Origin: Rhodospirillaceae bacterium
GTDB taxonomy: Bacteria; Pseudomonadota; Alphaproteobacteria; Dongiales; Dongiaceae
Length of the DNA stretch: 64,000 bases
Direction of reading: 5' to 3'
Assembly: GCA_016794165.1 (NCBI GenBank)
Contig: JAEUKV010000043.1
Span: 26 to 64,025 of the forward strand
Positions within the stretch are counted from its first letter, which is position 1. Every line of letters begins with the position of its first letter. The position numbers were made by a program, and so were the translations under genes. Of the stretch, positions 49,593-58,036 are shown piece by piece. The notes beneath the pieces are model-generated. The model searched no databases. It saw only the letters and a program-made list of their open reading frames with translations, and was not told where the DNA came from.

Positions 49593-49620
49593 GTGAGCAA
49601 ACCCAGGAACGGACGACATC

Positions 49621-50604
49621 ATGGCCGACAACCAGCAAGACGACAGCGAGATCAAGATCGACGGCGCCATCGCGCGCAAATCGCCCTATGGCCTCGCCCT
49701 CGAACCGACCTTCGCCGGCGTGCTTTCCTTCATGCGGCGCAATTACAGCAAGGATCTGACCGGCGCCGATCTGGTCATCAGCGGCGTGCCGCTCGATCTT
49801 GCGACCACGCATCGGCCAGGCGCGCGCCTCGGCCCGCAGGGCATCCGCCTCGCCTCCGCCGAGGTCGCGTCGCTGAAGCCCTATCCCTGGGGCATCGATC
49901 CGTTCGAAAAACTCTCGGTCATCGATTTCGGCGACTGCTACCTCGACGTTCACAATCCGATGACGATCCACGACGCCATCGTCGACCATGCGCGGCACAT
50001 CCTGAAATCCGGCGCCCGTATGCTGACCTTCGGTGGCGACCACTATGTCACCTACCCGCTGCTCAAGGCGCATGTCGAGAAGTTCGGCAAGCCGCTTTCG
50101 CTCATTCACTTCGACGCCCATTGCGATACCTGGGCCGACGACACGCCGGATTCGCTCAACCACGGCACCATGTTCTACAAGGCCGTGAAGGACGGTCTGA
50201 TCGACCCCAGGCATTCCGTCCAGATCGGCATCCGCACCTGGAACGACGATTTCATGGGGATCAACATCCTCGATGCGCAATGGGTCCACAGCCATGGACC
50301 CCAGGCGGTCATCAAGGAGGTCAACCGCATCGTCGGCGAGCGACCGGCCTATTTCACCTTCGACATCGATTGCCTGGATCCGGCCTTTGCCCCGGGGACC
50401 GGCACCCCGGTTTCCGGCGGACTTTCCAGCGCCCAGGCACTGGAAATCGTGCGTGGCTTCACCGACCTCGACTTGGTCGGCATGGACGTGGTCGAAGTGG
50501 CGCCGCCCTTCGATCAAAGTCAGATCACCGCGCTTGCCGCGGCGCATCTCGCCTGCGATCTCATCTGCCTCTTCGCCAAACGCAAGGCCGCGGGCAAGGT
50601 CTGA
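49621..50604 (+). CDS. speB: Agmatinase / ureohydrolase
   Basis: GGDHYVT, HFDAHCD, NHGT, FDIDCLDPAFAPGTGTP, VEVAP. Confidence 0.9.
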   Translation: MADNQQDDSEIKIDGAIARKSPYGLALEPTFAGVLSFMRRNYSKDLTGADLVISGVPLDLATTHRPGARLGPQGIRLASAEVASLKPYPWGIDPFEKLSVIDFGDCYLDVHNPMTIHDAIVDHARHILKSGARMLTFGGDHYVTYPLLKAHVEKFGKPLSLIHFDAHCDTWADDTPDSLNHGTMFYKAVKDGLIDPRHSVQIGIRTWNDDFMGINILDAQWVHSHGPQAVIKEVNRIVGERPAYFTFDIDCLDPAFAPGTGTPVSGGLSSAQALEIVRGFTDLDLVGMDVVEVAPPFDQSQITALAAAHLACDLICLFAKRKAAGKV

Positions 50605-50608
50605 TCCG

Positions 50609-51529
50609 CTACAAGGGCCGCACGACGCGCCGCGTGGCCAGGATGCGCCACTCCGAATAGACGATGCCCGCCAGAACCAGTACACCGCCCAGCAGTTGCT
50701 GGGCGGTGGGCTCGACCCCCTGCATCAGCACCAGGATCAGGATGGCGACGCAGGGTGTCAGGTTGATATAGAGCGAGGCCGTCACCACGCCCACGGCGCG
50801 CACACCCGCGTTCCACAGCACGACCCCCAACACCATTACCGTGACGACGTACCAGACCAGGCTGAAGAGCTCGATCCCTTGCTGCGGCGGCGGCGGTGGA
50901 AAGACGACGTACCCGCCCAGCGCCAAGCCTGCGTAGATCACGCACATCGCCGTGCCGGAGGTTGCCATGGTGGCGAAGGTGATACGGACCTGCGACCAGT
51001 CCTGACACCAGCGCTGCGCGACCGTCGAATACCAGCACCAGCAGATTATCGAGCAGAACACCAGCAACTCGCCACCACCCAGCGCCACCCCACCCCTGGC
51101 TTCCGGGTCGACGGAGGCGAGCGCACAGCCGGCGACGCTGGCGAGGATGCCCGGCACCATCAGCCGGTTGAACGGCAGGCGGAAGAAAACGCGGTCGGTC
51201 ACCGCGGCGACGGCCGGGGCGGCGGCGGTGATGATCGCGGCCAGGATGGGGTCGCTGAACTGGATGCCGACGGTATAGAGAAGCGCAAAGCCACCGTTGC
51301 CGACGACACCGAAGAACCAGACCCGCCACAGCGGCATCGGCGTGGGCGCGGGGCGCTTGCGGTCCGTCCACAGCATCAGCAGATAGAGCAGCGGCACCGC
51401 CCCCAGGGAGCGCACGGCGACCAGGAAATAGGGATCCCAGCGCTCCAGCTGGTATTTGGTGAGCGGGATCATGCCGCCCCAGATCAGAGCCACCAGCAGT
51501 AGACCCGCGATTCCCGTCCAGCGCGACAT
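50609..51529 (-). CDS. DMT/EamA transporter (paralog B)
   Basis: LLVALIWG, WDPYFLVAVR, YINLTP; start estimated at ATG 51529. Confidence 0.88.
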   Translation of the reverse strand: MSRWTGIAGLLLVALIWGGMIPLTKYQLERWDPYFLVAVRSLGAVPLLYLLMLWTDRKRPAPTPMPLWRVWFFGVVGNGGFALLYTVGIQFSDPILAAIITAAAPAVAAVTDRVFFRLPFNRLMVPGILASVAGCALASVDPEARGGVALGGGELLVFCSIICWCWYSTVAQRWCQDWSQVRITFATMATSGTAMCVIYAGLALGGYVVFPPPPPQQGIELFSLVWYVVTVMVLGVVLWNAGVRAVGVVTASLYINLTPCVAILILVLMQGVEPTAQQLLGGVLVLAGIVYSEWRILATRRVVRPL

Positions 51530-51736
51530 GTAACCGATCCCCGTGTGAACGCGCCCTGCGAGAAACCGGGCCGCGCACTCTCTCAGAGCGCTCACCGGCC
51601 CGTCAATCGCCCGCAGGCGCATGCCGCTGCCGCATGCCGCGCATGACCTCGGCCGGATTGACAGGACCGGACGCAAGCTCGACATTCCCTAACCAACCGC
51701 GACACCGGTCATGCATCAGCTCACGGAGTAGCCACC

Positions 51737-53053
51737 TTGGAACCACAAATTGCCCCCAATGCGGTACCTGCCATGGCGGATGTCGTCATCGTCGGCGCCG
51801 GCATCCAGGGCTGTGCCAGCGCCTACTACATGGCGCGCGCCGGATTGAAGGTCGTGCTGATCGACAAGTCGCGCGTCGCCGCGCAGCAAAGCTCGCGTGC
51901 CTGGGGCTTTGTGCGTGTCCAGATGCGCGATCCCGACGAAATTCCCCTGATGCAGGCCGGCAAGGAAATCTGGCGCGGCCTCGAGGCCGAATTGAACGCC
52001 GATCTGGAATGGAACCCGGGCGGCGCGCTCTATGTCACCAACCGGCCGGCCACCATGGCCTACCGCGAGAAGTGGTTCAACGATACGCGCGGATTTGAGC
52101 TGGATTCGCGTCTGCTTTCGCCGACGGAAGTCACGCGCCGCCTGCCACAGATGACGAGCCCGGTGATCGGCGGCCTGCTCACCGAAAGCGACGGCCATGC
52201 CGAACCAAGAAAGGTGGCTCCCGCCTTTGCCCAGCGGGCGCGTGAACTGGGTGCCAGCGTCCTGGAAGGTTGCGGGGCGCTCGCGGTCGAGCGTGCCGGT
52301 GGCCGGGTTTCCGGCATCGTGACCGAATGGGGCAGCATCAAGACGGACAAGGTGATGGTATCGGCCGGGGCCAGTTCCTGGCGGATTCTGAAATCCATCG
52401 GTATCGACCTGCCGCAATCCTGTATCCGCGCCTCGGTGGCGCGCACCAATGTGCTGCCGTATCTTACCGACGCGGCCTTTGTCGGCGATAATGTTGCCTT
52501 CCGCAAGCGCAAGGACGGCTCATTCAATATCGCCTCAAGCCTGCACGGTGATGTCGACGTGACGCTCGATCACATCCGTCTTGCGCCCTGGTATTGGAAG
52601 CCCTATCTCGAAAGCAAGAAGGGCATCGACCTTCATGTCGGCGTGCCGCTGTTGCGCGATCTCGCCCAACGCCTGCCCTGGCGAGACGAGGCGAAGTACC
52701 CGGCGATCCACGAACGCGAGCCACTGATCCCGCCGCATCAGGCACGGCTGAAAAGCGCCGTCCAGATTCTGGAGCGCGATTTCCCCACCATCGGTCGCGT
52801 CGGGATCGCCGAGCAATGGGCCGGCAACATCGATTCGTTGCCTGACGGCATTCCGGTTCTCGACGCGCCGACGGATCACCCCGGGTTGCTGATTGCCACC
52901 GGCTTCTGCGGCCACGGCTTCGCGCTGGGCCCAATCGTCGGCCGGGTGATGTGCGATCTCGCCACCGGCAGGGCGAACAATCTCGCCCTGCGAGCCTTCC
53001 GCCTGTCACGTTTCGCCGAGGGCGACGTGAAGGCACCGATGTCGATCTGGTGA
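51737..53053 (+). CDS. FAD-dependent oxidoreductase (DadA/SoxB amine or D-amino acid oxidase family)
   Basis: DVVIVGAGIQG, QSSRAWG, WAG.ID..PD..PV, ATGFCGHGFALGP. Confidence 0.9.
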   Translation: MEPQIAPNAVPAMADVVIVGAGIQGCASAYYMARAGLKVVLIDKSRVAAQQSSRAWGFVRVQMRDPDEIPLMQAGKEIWRGLEAELNADLEWNPGGALYVTNRPATMAYREKWFNDTRGFELDSRLLSPTEVTRRLPQMTSPVIGGLLTESDGHAEPRKVAPAFAQRARELGASVLEGCGALAVERAGGRVSGIVTEWGSIKTDKVMVSAGASSWRILKSIGIDLPQSCIRASVARTNVLPYLTDAAFVGDNVAFRKRKDGSFNIASSLHGDVDVTLDHIRLAPWYWKPYLESKKGIDLHVGVPLLRDLAQRLPWRDEAKYPAIHEREPLIPPHQARLKSAVQILERDFPTIGRVGIAEQWAGNIDSLPDGIPVLDAPTDHPGLLIATGFCGHGFALGPIVGRVMCDLATGRANNLALRAFRLSRFAEGDVKAPMSIW

Positions 53054-53058
53054 ATGTG

Positions 53059-53463
53059 ATGACCGAACTCAGCCCCGCGACCAACGCCTTCATCGACGGC
53101 CTCAAAGTCGATGCCGACGGCCTCATTCCGGCGATCGCCCAGCAGCACGATACCGGCGAAGTCCTGATGCTGGCCTGGATGAACCGCGAGAGTATCCGCT
53201 CTACCCTTGCGAGCGGACGCGTGGTCTATTGGTCGCGCTCCCGCCAGGCGCTGTGGCGCAAGGGGGAATCGTCCGGCCAGGTCCAGCACCTGGTGGAACT
53301 GCGCGCCGATTGCGACCGGGACTGCCTGCTGCTGCTGGTCGACCAGACCGGAGTCGCCTGCCATACCGGCCGGCGCTCCTGTTTCTTCACGGCGCTGCGC
53401 AATGGCGAGCCGGCCATTGTTGCCGAAATCCTGGCCGATCCCAGCAAGCTGTACGGCCACTAA
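53059..53463 (+). CDS. hisI: Phosphoribosyl-AMP cyclohydrolase
   Basis: GLIPAIAQ, VLMLAWMN, YWSRSR..LWRKGESSG, DCDRD, ACHTGRRSCF. Confidence 0.96.
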   Translation: MTELSPATNAFIDGLKVDADGLIPAIAQQHDTGEVLMLAWMNRESIRSTLASGRVVYWSRSRQALWRKGESSGQVQHLVELRADCDRDCLLLLVDQTGVACHTGRRSCFFTALRNGEPAIVAEILADPSKLYGH

Positions 53464-53483
53464 GTCCCTAGGAATAAAGGTGC

Positions 53484-53498
53484 TTAATGCGATTTTAA
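53484..53498. promoter_or_regulatory. CtrA consensus binding site
   Basis: TTAA-TGCGATT-TTAA, an exact TTAA-N7-TTAA, 57 nt before the ATG of a small membrane protein. Confidence 0.6.
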
Positions 53499-53555
53499 AC
53501 TTCCGCGACGAAGGTTCGAAGCAATCACGGCCATCAACCTGAGGCGTGGGCTACC

Positions 53556-53744
53556 ATGAGTCGCGAAAAGAACGAACAGAGGGCGCTCGACATCGTCGCC
53601 GGACGGGCTGACGCGGCGACCGCGACAGCGCCCAAAAAAGCCGGCCTTGGCGGCCTGGAAAAGGCAGGCATCGCCCTTTGGCTCCTGGTCCTGCTGGGTG
53701 GCGCGCTCGCGGCGGTTTATTTCCTGGTGCTGGCACCCAAATAG
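53556..53744 (+). CDS. Small single-pass membrane protein (62 aa)
   Basis: Polar N-terminus then GIALWLLVLLGGALAAVYFLVL; fills the intergenic gap. Confidence 0.7.
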   Translation: MSREKNEQRALDIVAGRADAATATAPKKAGLGGLEKAGIALWLLVLLGGALAAVYFLVLAPK

Positions 53745-53806
53745 GCACCGCCAGCTTCCGCACATCCTGCCCGTCGGCTAAGGTGTCGCTCTCCACGGGG
53801 CGGGGC

Positions 53807-54433
53807 ATGCGCGAGATCTACGATATTTCCCAGACACTCCGCATCGGTCTACCGGTCTGGCCGGGCGACACGGCGTTCGACCTGCGGCGAGTCTGGACCA
53901 TGGGTCCCGGCGTACCGGTCAATGTCTCGGCGCTTACCTTCTCGACCCATAGCGGCAGCCACGCCGATGCGCCGCTTCACTACGACGCTGCGGGTTGCGC
54001 CATCGACGGCGTCGATCCGACTGTCTATCTGGGACCGGCACAGCTTGTCGATGCCGGAGATGCAGGCGACCTCGTCACCGCGGCGATGATTCTTCCTCAC
54101 CTTCAGCTGGGCGTCGAGCGACTCCTGATCCGCACCTATCCGGTGGCGCCACAAGCGCAGTGGGACAGCGGGTTCGCGGCAGTCGACCCGGCACTCATCG
54201 ATGCCATTGCCGCGCGCGGGGTACGGCTGATCGGGGTCGACACCCCGTCGCTCGACCCACAGGATTCCAAGACCATGGCGGCACATCTCGCCGTGGCACG
54301 GCACGGCCTCGCCATCCTGGAAGGGCTGGTGCTCGACAAGGTGCCGGTCGGCATCTATGAACTCATTGCCCTGCCCCTCAAGATTGCCGGAGCCGATTCC
54401 AGTCCGGTTCGCGCGCTGTTGCGGAGTCTCTGA
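53807..54433 (+). CDS. kynB: Kynurenine formamidase (arylformamidase)
   Basis: DISQ, WPGDT, HSGSHADAPLH, GVDTPSLDP, ILEGL, SSPVRA. Confidence 0.92.
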   Translation: MREIYDISQTLRIGLPVWPGDTAFDLRRVWTMGPGVPVNVSALTFSTHSGSHADAPLHYDAAGCAIDGVDPTVYLGPAQLVDAGDAGDLVTAAMILPHLQLGVERLLIRTYPVAPQAQWDSGFAAVDPALIDAIAARGVRLIGVDTPSLDPQDSKTMAAHLAVARHGLAILEGLVLDKVPVGIYELIALPLKIAGADSSPVRALLRSL

Positions 54434-54434
54434 C

Positions 54435-55676
54435 ATGTCACACCTCGATCGCGCCGCCTGCGCCGCCCAGGACGACGGAGATCACCTCGCCTTCGCGCGG
54501 GACCGGTTCGATCTGCCGGCCGGTATCATCTATCTCGATGGCAACTCCCTTGGCGCCCTGCCAAAGAGGACGCCGACGCGGATCGAAACGGTGATCCGCC
54601 GGCAATGGGGCACCGACCTCATTACCGGCTGGAACAAGCACGGCTGGGTCGACCTGCCGCGCCGTCTCGGCGCGCGCATCGCCGATCTGATCGGGGCACA
54701 TGCCGACGAGGTGGTGGTGTGCGATTCCACTTCGATAAACGTCTTCAAGCTGTTGAGTGCCGCCCTTCGCCTGCGCCCGGATCGCAAGGTGGTCCTCTCC
54801 GATACCGGCAATTTCCCGACCGACCTTTACATGGCACAGGGGTTGGCGGATCTGCTCGGACGGGGGCATCGCCTGGAACTGGTATCGCCGGCGGATATCA
54901 CCGCGCGCATTGCCGAGGATGTCGCCGTGGTCCTGTTGACCGAAATCGACTACCGCACCGGCCGGCGCCACGACATGGCGGCGATCAACGCCCGGGCCCG
55001 GGCCGCGGGCGCCCTGACCCTCTGGGATCTCGCCCATTCCGCCGGCGCCATGCCGGTCGATCTTGACGGCACGGGCACCGATTTCGCCATCGGCTGTGGC
55101 TATAAATACCTCAATGGCGGGCCGGGCGCCCCGGCCTTTCTCTATGTCGCGCGGCGCTGGCTCGGCGAAACGCAGCAACCGCTATTCGGCTGGTTCGGCC
55201 ATGCGGCGCCTTTCGATTTTGAAACCGCCTATCAGCCGAGATCCGGGATCGATCGGTTCCTGGTGGGAACCCCGCCGGTCCTCAGCATGGCGGCCCTCGA
55301 ATGCGGACTGGAGACCTTCGCCGGCGTCGACCTCAGCCAGCTGCGCGCCAAGTCGCTCGCCCTCGGCGATTTGATGATCCGGCTGGTGGCGCAGGAATGT
55401 CCTGGGCTGGGTCTCACCCTCGCCAGCCCGATCGACGCCGGCCGGCGTGGCAGCCAGGTGAGCTACGCTCATGCCAGCGGCTATGCCGTGATGCAGGCGC
55501 TGATTGCCCGGGGCGTCATCGGCGACTTCCGGGCGCCCGACCTTCTGCGCTTCGGCTTCACCCCGCTTTATACGCGCTACCAGGACATTTGGGATGCCGT
55601 CGCCGCCCTGAAAACCGTGCTGGAACAGGGCGAATGGCAGAGGCCCGAATTCAGCCATCGCGCCGCGGTGACCTAA
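54435..55676 (+). CDS. kynU: Kynureninase
   Basis: YLDGNSLG, CDSTSIN, NFPTDLY, WDLAHSAG, GCGYKYLNGGPG, RFGFTPLY. Confidence 0.95.
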   Translation: MSHLDRAACAAQDDGDHLAFARDRFDLPAGIIYLDGNSLGALPKRTPTRIETVIRRQWGTDLITGWNKHGWVDLPRRLGARIADLIGAHADEVVVCDSTSINVFKLLSAALRLRPDRKVVLSDTGNFPTDLYMAQGLADLLGRGHRLELVSPADITARIAEDVAVVLLTEIDYRTGRRHDMAAINARARAAGALTLWDLAHSAGAMPVDLDGTGTDFAIGCGYKYLNGGPGAPAFLYVARRWLGETQQPLFGWFGHAAPFDFETAYQPRSGIDRFLVGTPPVLSMAALECGLETFAGVDLSQLRAKSLALGDLMIRLVAQECPGLGLTLASPIDAGRRGSQVSYAHASGYAVMQALIARGVIGDFRAPDLLRFGFTPLYTRYQDIWDAVAALKTVLEQGEWQRPEFSHRAAVT

Positions 55677-55781
55677 ACGCATTCACCGGAATGTGCGGGT
55701 CGGGGGCTGGATTTTGCCGCAGCGGCGGGGCAACATGGCGCCAGATCGACGGTTCAACTTTAGGCACAGGGGGCAGCAGCC

Positions 55782-56024
55782 ATGCGGCCGATCTTCGTGA
55801 TGGTGAAATGCGACCCCGGCAAGGCCTATGAAGTGGCGGAAAAGGCCCTCGATACCGTGCAGCAGATCGCCGAACTCTATTCGATTTCCGGCCAGTACGA
55901 CCTGCTGGTGAAATGCTACCTGCCGAGCGAGATGGATGTGGGCCGCTTCGTCACGTCGGAGTTGCAGACCCTGCCTTTCGTCAAGGATACGCTGACCGTC
56001 ATCACCTTCAACGCCTTCACCTGA
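55782..56024 (+). CDS. Lrp/AsnC ligand-binding-domain-only protein
   Basis: 80 aa, ELYSISGQYDLLVK, no HTH. Confidence 0.85.
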   Translation: MRPIFVMVKCDPGKAYEVAEKALDTVQQIAELYSISGQYDLLVKCYLPSEMDVGRFVTSELQTLPFVKDTLTVITFNAFT

Positions 56025-56071
56025 AGAGCCGCCGTCAACGGCGCATAACAAGAACTGGGAGACATGACATC

Positions 56072-57286
56072 ATGAGTACGCGTTCGTTCCTGCTGAAATC
56101 CGCCAGCGCCGGCCTGATGGCCGCCCTGCTGGCAACGCCGGCCCTGGCCACCGACACCAAGGTCGGCATTCTTTTCGACGTGACCGGCCCCATTGCCAGC
56201 TTCATTCCACCGATGATGGACGCGGTCAAGCTTGCCAATGACGAGGTAAATGCCGGCGGCGGCCTGCTCGACGGCCAGATGGTGACGGTAGTCGGGGACA
56301 CAACCGGTGCCACGCAAGGCGCGGTCGACGCCGCCACCAAGCTGGTCAACATCGAGAACGTGCCGGTCGTGGTCGGCGCCCTGATGTCCGGGACCACGCT
56401 GGCAGCAGCCAATGCCGTCACCATTCCGGCCGGCGTCACGCAGATCTCGCCCACCGCGACTTCGCCCGACTTTACCGGCCTCAACGACAACGACTATGTG
56501 TTTCGCATCGTACCGTCGGACGCCTATCAGGGTGTGGTGCTGGCAAAGCTGGTGCTCGACCAGGGCATCACGACCGTGGCGCTCACCTATGCCAACAACG
56601 ACTATGCGACGCCGCTGGCGACCGGCTTCGCCGCGGCCTACAAGGCCGGCGGCGGCACCATCGCCGCCGAAGTGAAGCATGAGGAAAAGCAGCAGAGCTA
56701 CATGGCCGAACTTGGCACCCTCGCCAAGGACAAACCGGAAGCCCTGGTGCTGATCGCCTATGCTGGCGATTCCGGCACCACCATCGTCAAGGAGGCGCTG
56801 GAGAACGATTTGTTCACCCGCTTCATCGGCACCGACGGACTGCGCGACAACAAGCTCATCGAGCAGATCGGCGCCGAGCACTTGAAAGACTCCTTCTTCA
56901 CCTCGCCATCGGCCCCCGAGAGCGAAGCCGCCACCAAGTTCGAGGCGCTCTATACGGCCGCCTTCGAGACCACAAAGGACAAGATCTTCATCGGCCAGAC
57001 TTATGATTCAGTCATGCTGGCAGCTCTCGCGGTCGAAAAAGCCGGTTCCACCGACCGCGCCAAGGTACGCGACGCGCTGCGCGAGGTCGCGAGCGCGCCC
57101 GGCGAGAAGATCCTGCCCGGCGAATGGGCCAAGGCCAAGGCCCTGATCGCGGAAGGCAAGGACATCGACTATTCCGGCGCCACCGGCGAGATGGAATTTG
57201 ACGCCAACGGCGATATCCCCGGCGTCATCGGCCATTTCGTGGTCGAGGGCGACGGCTACAAGCAGGTCGGTCTGGTCAATCCGTAA
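56072..57286 (+). CDS. ABC transporter substrate-binding protein (Liv/PBP1 type)
   Basis: Signal peptide, TGP, GALMSGTT, QISPTATSP, FRIVPSDAYQG, YSGATG...FDANGD. Confidence 0.92.
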   Translation: MSTRSFLLKSASAGLMAALLATPALATDTKVGILFDVTGPIASFIPPMMDAVKLANDEVNAGGGLLDGQMVTVVGDTTGATQGAVDAATKLVNIENVPVVVGALMSGTTLAAANAVTIPAGVTQISPTATSPDFTGLNDNDYVFRIVPSDAYQGVVLAKLVLDQGITTVALTYANNDYATPLATGFAAAYKAGGGTIAAEVKHEEKQQSYMAELGTLAKDKPEALVLIAYAGDSGTTIVKEALENDLFTRFIGTDGLRDNKLIEQIGAEHLKDSFFTSPSAPESEAATKFEALYTAAFETTKDKIFIGQTYDSVMLAALAVEKAGSTDRAKVRDALREVASAPGEKILPGEWAKAKALIAEGKDIDYSGATGEMEFDANGDIPGVIGHFVVEGDGYKQVGLVNP

Positions 57287-57306
57287 CCGACGCTTGCCCT
57301 GATTGT

Positions 57307-57348
57307 GCGGCCCGCCTTCCGCGACGATGGCGGGCCGCCGATCTTTTT
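57307..57348 (+). terminator. Hairpin with T-tract after the SBP gene
   Basis: GCGGCCCGCC-N12-GGCGGGCCGC then CGATCTTTTT. Confidence 0.55.
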
Positions 57349-57358
57349 GGAGATGCCG

Positions 57359-58027
57359 ATGCCCATCGCAGCGATCCTGTTCGATGCCTACGGCACCCTG
57401 CTCGACATCCACGCCGCCATGGCGACCCATCAGGCGCGGATCGGCCCGCGCGCCGCGGAGATATCCGCGCTGTGGCGGCAGAAGCAGCTGGAATACACCT
57501 GGACACTGACCCTGGCGCAGGACTACCGCCCCTTCGACACCGTCACCGCGGAAGCGCTCGATTTCGCCCTCGCCCAGCACGGGATCGATGATGCTGCGTT
57601 GCGCGCTGACCTGCTCGCCACCTATCGGGTTCTGCCGCCCTTTCCCGAGGTGGTCGGCGCGCTCGCGACCCTCAGGCGAAAGGGGCTCCGCCTCGGCGTC
57701 CTTTCCAATGGGACGGGCACAATGCTGGACGCCGCGTTCGCTGCAGCCGGCCTCGAGGAAATGCTGGACCCGATCCTCTCGGTGGACACCCTGCGGATTT
57801 ACAAGCCGGATCCACGCGTCTACGCCATGGCAACCAACGCATTGGCGCTGGCACCGTCCGAAATCGGATTCGTCTCCAGCAATGCCTGGGACGCCATGGG
57901 GGCCGCGCGCTTCGGCTTCCACGTCTTTTCGCTGCGACGTCGGCCAGATCCTGTCGAATACGACCTGAATTCGCGCGCAACACTGATCGCGCATCTCGGC
58001 GAGATCGCGGCTACCCTCGGCCAGTGA
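57359..58027 (+). CDS. Haloacid dehalogenase type II family hydrolase
   Basis: FDAYGTL, WRQKQLEYTW, LSNG, YKPDPRVY, VSSNAWD. Confidence 0.9.
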   Translation: MPIAAILFDAYGTLLDIHAAMATHQARIGPRAAEISALWRQKQLEYTWTLTLAQDYRPFDTVTAEALDFALAQHGIDDAALRADLLATYRVLPPFPEVVGALATLRRKGLRLGVLSNGTGTMLDAAFAAAGLEEMLDPILSVDTLRIYKPDPRVYAMATNALALAPSEIGFVSSNAWDAMGAARFGFHVFSLRRRPDPVEYDLNSRATLIAHLGEIAATLGQ

Positions 58028-58036
58028 GGCCTGCCC

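Noticed and set aside
53556-53744. Flp pilin
   Set aside because: No G/xxxxEY prepilin cleavage motif
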